NCBI GenBank assembly: GCA_035945675.1
Contig: DASZAB010000108.1
Location: 48,564 to 112,563, forward strand
Length of the DNA: 64,000 nt
Source: Verrucomicrobiia bacterium
Lineage (GTDB): Bacteria > Verrucomicrobiota > Verrucomicrobiia > Limisphaerales > UBA11358
Reading direction: 5' to 3'
Within the stretch, counting starts at the first letter, position 1. Every line of letters starts with the position of its first letter. The translations under genes and the position numbers were made by a program. Below are positions 58,673-64,000 of the stretch, piece after piece. The notes under the pieces are model-generated. The model had not been told where the DNA came from and made no database searches. It was given only the letters and a program-made list of their open reading frames with translations.

Positions 58673-61227
58673 GTGAATTTTGGCGAATTATCCTGCAAAA
58701 TCAGTGCGTTGTTTTGGGTGACCCTGGCGGCGGCTCCGGCGGCTTGGGCACAAAGCCCGGCATTCCCAGGGGCGTTGGGCTTCGGCGCCGATGCCACCGG
58801 CGGACGCAATGGCACGGTGTACCACGTTACGACCCTCGCCGACGGCGGACCGGGTTCGTTTCGTGATGCGTCAGCCACTCCCATCGCACCATTGTCTTCG
58901 ACGTCGGCGGGACCATTGTCCTCAGCAGCGCGGTTTCCTGTTCGAGCGACCTCACCATCGCCGGGCAAACCGCGCCCGGCGGCGGCATCGCCATCATCGG
59001 TCACGAGGTTTCTTTCAGCGCCCGAACGAATGAAATCGTCCGTTATCTTCGCATTCGTCCCGGCAGCTTGTCCAGCTCCGGCGAGGATGCGATCAACGTC
59101 GGCGACGGGACGAACATGATCTTCGATCACGTCTCGCTGGAATTTGCCGGCTACAACAACATTGACGCACACGGCACCTACGGCAGCGACGCCATCACCG
59201 TGCAGAACTCGATTATCGGCGATCCGATGTATAACGGAACCTCGGCCAGGCAGGGATTCGGCGCGCATACGGAGCATCTGGGCGGCAAATTTTCCTGGTA
59301 TTACAACTTGTGGGTGAGCGAACACAACCGCCAGCCGCTGGCCAAAATTGATACAATTTTCGTCAACAATACGATTTACAACTATCAGGACGGTTACACG
59401 GTCGCCAATACCAGCGGCCATTTCCGCCACGATATCATCAGCAATTACTTCATCACCGGCCCGGCGGATCCCTCGGGCGCCGATGCCTTTTTCCAAATGA
59501 ACTCCAACCAGATAATTTATGCCGCCGGCAATTTGCGCGACAACAACAATGACGGCGCGCTCAACGGCAGTGCGATTGACCCCGGCGGCGGCGGGACCGT
59601 GTTGACCGCGCCGTGGTCGCTGCTCTCGACGAACGCGACGGTTTTTACCGCCGCAGGCGCCTGTCATTACGACGCCTCGTGGGCCGGCGCCATGCCGCGG
59701 GATCAATTGGACTCGCTGATTTTGAGCCAGATCGAAACGTTCGGCAACGGCCCGGCCGGCACCGGCGCGGGTACGGCCGGGCCGGGTCCCAGCCTCTACT
59801 ACGATCAGACTTCAACCGGTCTGGGCAACAATGGCTATGGCACCCTCACGGCCGGCGCGGCTCCGATCAACTCCAGCGGCGACGGCATCCCGGATTATTG
59901 GAAGCTCGCGACCGGCCTGATCACCAACGTCTATTATCCGCTGACCAACACGGCCGACGGTTACACGCTGTTGGAACATTATTTGAACTGGCTTGCGGCG
60001 CCGCACGCCGTCACGGAAACCAACACGACTGTGGACGTTGACCTGTCGCAATACGCCGCCGGGTTCGCCCCCAACGCCATCTACGCCATCAGCGACGCGA
60101 GCAACGGCGTCGTCTCGCTCGCTGGCTCCATCGCACAGTTTGTTCCTGACACCAATTTCTCCGGCCTAGGCGGTTTCGATTTTTCCGTTACCGCCGGCGA
60201 CGGCTCGTCCATGTCCAACACCGTCGTCGTTTGTGTTTCCCCGTTGATCGTGACGCAGGCGATGCCGAGCGTTGCTCAGAATATTTTTGTCGCCCTGCGG
60301 ACTTCCGCCACGGGACCCTCCACCGTCAATATCTCTGCGCCCGCCGGTTATGCTTACAGCGCCGCCGCGCCCGTGTCCGGCCCGACGTGGAACACGGTGG
60401 ATTTTAAAAATGTTGTCGGGACGAACAGTGCCGCCGGCACGATTTCAAATTTATATGTGAACCTTCCCCTGGAGAATTCCATTGGCGCCAGCATCACGCC
60501 GACGCTGACCATTGCCTACACCAACAGTGTGAGCACCGGCACCAGGACGCAACCCTCCGGGGCCAGCGGCGAAAACACCATTCAACCCGGCGGGGTGATG
60601 GCAAATGCCTGGCGCAATTATTACAACGCCAGCGGCAATCACTTCATCTTTGCCATCTCCGGATTGTCCAATTCGAGCCCGTACGACCTTTATATTGAAG
60701 GCGGAACGACCACTCCCGGCCAGGGTGCGGGGGTGACCTTGGCGGCGGCGAATATTTTGGGACCAAATCCGGCGGCCGTGATCACAACCAATGCGACCAC
60801 GAACAGCAATGGAGCCTACGGAAGTCTTTGGACGGCGGCGGGCGGGGCAACCCATTTAATGCCTCCAGGAACAACGTGGGCGGTGCTCCACGGCCAGACA
60901 GACGCCTCGGGAAATTTCATTTTTGTTCTGAATGGCCCGGGTAGCAGCGCCTACCTGAACGGTTTTCAACTCGTGCCCGCCAGTCGCGGGCCGGCCGTTC
61001 CGGTATTCAAAACGGTCACACGGGCGGCAGACGGAAATATTCAATTCGCTTATGCCGGCACGGCTGGCTGGAATTATCGGATTTGGGCCGCCACCAATTT
61101 GACCCTGACGCCGGTGACCAATACCTGGACGACACTGACGAACGGAATTTTCGGCGCCACGGATTCGTTTGAAGACAGTCAATCAACCAATTTTCCTCAG
61201 CGGTTCTACCTCATCACCGTTCCCTGA
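58673..61227 (+). pseudogene. PL1-type pectate lyase with a 1-nt frameshift at ~58869 (real lesion or sequence error)
   Basis: PAFPGALGFGADATGGR..VYHVT..GPGSFRDA continues as VSHSHRTIVFDVGG..TIAGQTAPG..LRIRPG in the -1 frame, which stays open to 61227. Confidence 0.85.
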
Positions 61228-61309
61228 ACCGGACGAGTGACCCCGAGCAGAAAAAGTACGGCCACGGCAGACCAAAAGTCCGTGCAGATGGAAAGCTCCC
61301 GCGGGCTTG

Positions 61310-62650
61310 TCACCGGGCAGAAATCGCGACCTGGGTGTTGGTAGTTGAAAGTTGGTTGACACCGTCCGGGGTGATAATCCGGCAATCGACCAGCCGGACG
61401 CCGCGCGCGTCATAGATGCCAAAGGGTCGGTCGGCGGTGATGTTGACCCGCTGCAGCAACACGTTGCTAACCGGCATTTCCGGCAATCCCCAGATCAAAC
61501 CCGCCCGGCGCCCGGATTGCACCGTGGCAGTGATGTTGCTGAACGTGATGTCACGATAGATCGGCGTGCGGGCTTCAACGGCACGGCCCGGATAGCTGGC
61601 GGCGATGGCGGGTGTGAGCCGGTTCAGATCACGGTAAACACGGTTGGTGGCCATGTAGGAACCGTAGATTAGGATGGGACAATCCACGTTGGTCATGTGG
61701 AGGTTCAGGTAATAAAGATGATGCACCAGGCCGCCGCGATCGCGGTCGGATTTGATCCGAATGCCTTGTTCCGTGTGGTTGAAGGTGCAATTGATGACGG
61801 TGAGGTTTGACACGCCGCCGTAAGTATGACTGCCGATGGAAACACCATGACCATAACCGTAAGTGCAGTTGGTGATGAGGACATCCGACGTGCCGCCGCC
61901 ACAGGTAAAGTCGTCATCGCCCACGCTTACGTTGCAGTTTGCTATCAAAATATTGGTGCCGCTGACATCGCACGCGTCCGTGTTGTGGCCGGGGTGAACC
62001 GGATCGGTTGAGGGATTCGCGCGGATGGTGACAGCGCGAACGGTGACGTTGGCCGATCTGCCGCCAATGGCGATGTGGAACATCGGCGAGTTGGTCAGGG
62101 TGACGCCTTCAATCAACACGCGGTTGCACGACAAAAGCGAAATCATCCGCGGCCGTCGGGCGTCCCGTTGCCGGGCGTAAGGCCACCAGGGAACTCCCTG
62201 GCCATCAATCATCCCTGAACCGGAGATGGCAATATCGTGCAGCCTCGATCCGCTGATAAAATCCACCGGGTCGGTGGTACCACCCGGGTATTTGTCCAAC
62301 GGCAACATGCGCAGGATGCCTCCGCCGTCTATCTGCAGATGGATATAATTGGCCAGCCGGATGGGTCCGCACAGAAAGGCTCCCGCCGGCACGTGCACGA
62401 CGCCACCTCCGGCATCCTGCGCGGCATCAATGGCAGCTTGAATCGCTGCCGTGTTGGTTGCGACACCATCGCCGATCGCGCCGAAATGGATGACATTAAA
62501 AACGTGGGCTGGAATGACCGGCAACGCGGGAGCAACGGAAAATGATTGAGCCTGAACCGACTGCGTGACGGGTGGTGTCAGCACAAGCAGCCCGGCCAGA
62601 AGGGCCGCAGTTGGAATTGTCGTCGTTTGCGCGATATAGTTCCGGTTCAT
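61310..62650 (-). CDS. GH28 polygalacturonase
   Basis: FGAIGDG, NTD, GDD, GHG, RIK; signal peptide from MNRNY. Confidence 0.93.
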   Translation of the reverse strand: MNRNYIAQTTTIPTAALLAGLLVLTPPVTQSVQAQSFSVAPALPVIPAHVFNVIHFGAIGDGVATNTAAIQAAIDAAQDAGGGVVHVPAGAFLCGPIRLANYIHLQIDGGGILRMLPLDKYPGGTTDPVDFISGSRLHDIAISGSGMIDGQGVPWWPYARQRDARRPRMISLLSCNRVLIEGVTLTNSPMFHIAIGGRSANVTVRAVTIRANPSTDPVHPGHNTDACDVSGTNILIANCNVSVGDDDFTCGGGTSDVLITNCTYGYGHGVSIGSHTYGGVSNLTVINCTFNHTEQGIRIKSDRDRGGLVHHLYYLNLHMTNVDCPILIYGSYMATNRVYRDLNRLTPAIAASYPGRAVEARTPIYRDITFSNITATVQSGRRAGLIWGLPEMPVSNVLLQRVNITADRPFGIYDARGVRLVDCRIITPDGVNQLSTTNTQVAISAR

Positions 62651-62663
62651 GAGTTCCGGGAAT

Positions 62664-64000
62664 TCATCTCGTCGCGGTTGGCTCAGACACGCCGGGCGGG
62701 TTCTGCAAATAGCCGCCCAACGCACAATCCTTCAGCGCGCGCAAGCCCTCGATGACCGCCGATGCGTTGAGTGCCGCGCCAGCCGGACTGGCGTGGGTAT
62801 TGTCACGGGCAGTGAAATATTTCGCTTTGATTTCCTGCGGCGTCAGGCCGACGTAATGACTCAGGACCAGATGGTTCAAATCGATGAAGTACACATGCTC
62901 CTGCCGGGCGACTTCGGCTGACCATTTCACATAACTGGTTTTGTCCACGTCACCGGCCTCGACCGTGTGCTTTGGCAGTCGTGGCACAGGCGAGCAAATG
63001 AGGGGAGTCATCCCTTTGGCGCGCGCGTCAGCAACATATTTACGCATATACCAGCCGTAGGTGTGGACGAGCTCGCGTTTGTGCATAACCGGATTGTAAA
63101 TTTCCCGGCTCTGGCCGCCAATACCCGGAATCGAACCACGGGCACGGTTGGTATCGTCCAATGGCCCGCCATCGTTGTCGCCCATTTGAATCAGGACAAA
63201 ATCACCGGGCCGGGCGGCCGCCAGGATTTGCGCCCACCAGCCTTGGGTCTGAAACGTGCGGCTGCTGCGCCCGGGTTTGGCATCATTTTCGACGATGAGT
63301 TTATGGGTATCGAAATAGCGGCCGATAACATCGCCCCATCCCAGCAAACCGGGCGCACGGTTATGCACGGTAGAATCTCCAACAATAAACAGCGTCGGCA
63401 ATCTCCGGTTCCGTTCCGCTTCCGTCGGTTGAGTTGACGGCGCGGTCACATTAGCCTCCGGGATCCGGGCATCTTGCGCTGGATCCCAACCGTCATCACC
63501 TTTCAAAATATTCGCGACGGTGTAAGCGCTGGCTTGTGGGTCGGTCAACTGGTGCGCCCATTTGACACGCGCCGCCGGGTTTGCGCCCGGACCGGTACTG
63601 TGGTATTCGGCATAACGGGCCGTCGTTTCATTGGACGCTTTGCCCCAATTATTCCAACCCTCCGGCTTGATGTGGTCGCCCATCCAGCAGTTAAGATAGG
63701 CGACACTCGCATAGGGCCGCCAGGGCCGGCCCAAATCGGCCAGGGGATGGGCGCTCGGATTGACGGGAAGGCCTGCCGGATTGATCCACGGCTGCGAGTC
63801 GCCGGTCAACCTGCAATCCAGAAAGACAAAACCATAAGGATGATCTTGCGGAGTGTTTGCCGCCGTCACGTGGCCGCCGTCCCGGCTGTGAATTTCACAA
63901 TGATCAAACACCGCCGTTCCTGAGCCATAAATAAAATCCACCCGGCCGGCGATGTAACAATTTGTGAAGTAATCCCGTCCGTTGTCCACCCTCAGCGTGT
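62664..64000 (-). CDS. pectinesterase (CE8) fused to an SGNH rhamnogalacturonan acetylesterase (CE12-like); 5' end lies outside the window
   Basis: GRVDFIYG, LGRPW, EGWNNW, then VGDST, GRSSR, GDND, DNTH. Confidence 0.9.
   Translation of the reverse strand, partial: TLRVDNGRDYFTNCYIAGRVDFIYGSGTAVFDHCEIHSRDGGHVTAANTPQDHPYGFVFLDCRLTGDSQPWINPAGLPVNPSAHPLADLGRPWRPYASVAYLNCWMGDHIKPEGWNNWGKASNETTARYAEYHSTGPGANPAARVKWAHQLTDPQASAYTVANILKGDDGWDPAQDARIPEANVTAPSTQPTEAERNRRLPTLFIVGDSTVHNRAPGLLGWGDVIGRYFDTHKLIVENDAKPGRSSRTFQTQGWWAQILAAARPGDFVLIQMGDNDGGPLDDTNRARGSIPGIGGQSREIYNPVMHKRELVHTYGWYMRKYVADARAKGMTPLICSPVPRLPKHTVEAGDVDKTSYVKWSAEVARQEHVYFIDLNHLVLSHYVGLTPQEIKAKYFTARDNTHASPAGAALNASAVIEGLRALKDCALGGYLQNPPGVSEPTATR

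Noticed and set aside
38750..58880. Programmed frameshifting at 38757 or 58869
   Set aside because: No slippery heptamer or homopolymer at either site.
1..64000. CRISPR arrays, tRNA, rRNA, riboswitches (including a cobalamin riboswitch near the B12 enzymes)
   Set aside because: None recognised by eye; an Infernal/Rfam scan would be needed to exclude them.

Overview
GC-rich bacterial window. The secreted Ig-rich enzymes ending in ...QRFYLITVP and the overall gene style suggest Verrucomicrobiota (Pedosphaera-like); this is inference. Layout: (1) 1-9.2 kb, a general-stress/accessory cluster (DUF302, AarF kinase, phosphoketolase, deletion-scarred sugar-metabolism relics, BON protein, small membrane proteins). 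(2) 9.4-38.4 kb, a hybrid lipopeptide biosynthetic cluster: FabF-like KS, methylmalonyl-CoA epimerase and split mutase, fatty acyl-AMP ligase, one-module PKS (ACP-KS-AT-DH-KR-ACP), LolA/LolCDE-like export, PPTase, TEII and a two-module NRPS (C-A-T-C-A-T-TE). A ~3.6 kb defence islet (HsdR_N nuclease with a SeqA-like C-terminus, a chimeric relic, a beta-class MTase and an HTH-REase fusion) sits between the NRPS and TEII. (3) 38.5-54 kb, a second, paralogous stress cluster (Hsp20, two B12 radical SAMs, HPF-like, OsmC lacking its peroxidatic Cys, LysR, RRM protein, an orphan L35, desaturase, transglutaminase-like, GH130/GT4). (4) 54-64 kb, pectin-degradation genes. Non-coding signals: an ACACCTGAT box with a -10 element 22-23 nt downstream at four promoters, including the FAAL-PKS operon; three copies of a 40-nt LysR-type operator; a ~123-nt duplicated leader; an in-frame palindromic insert in the PKS DH domain. 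No rRNA, tRNA, CRISPR array or transposase was recognised. All family calls come from motif recognition by eye; no database searches were run.
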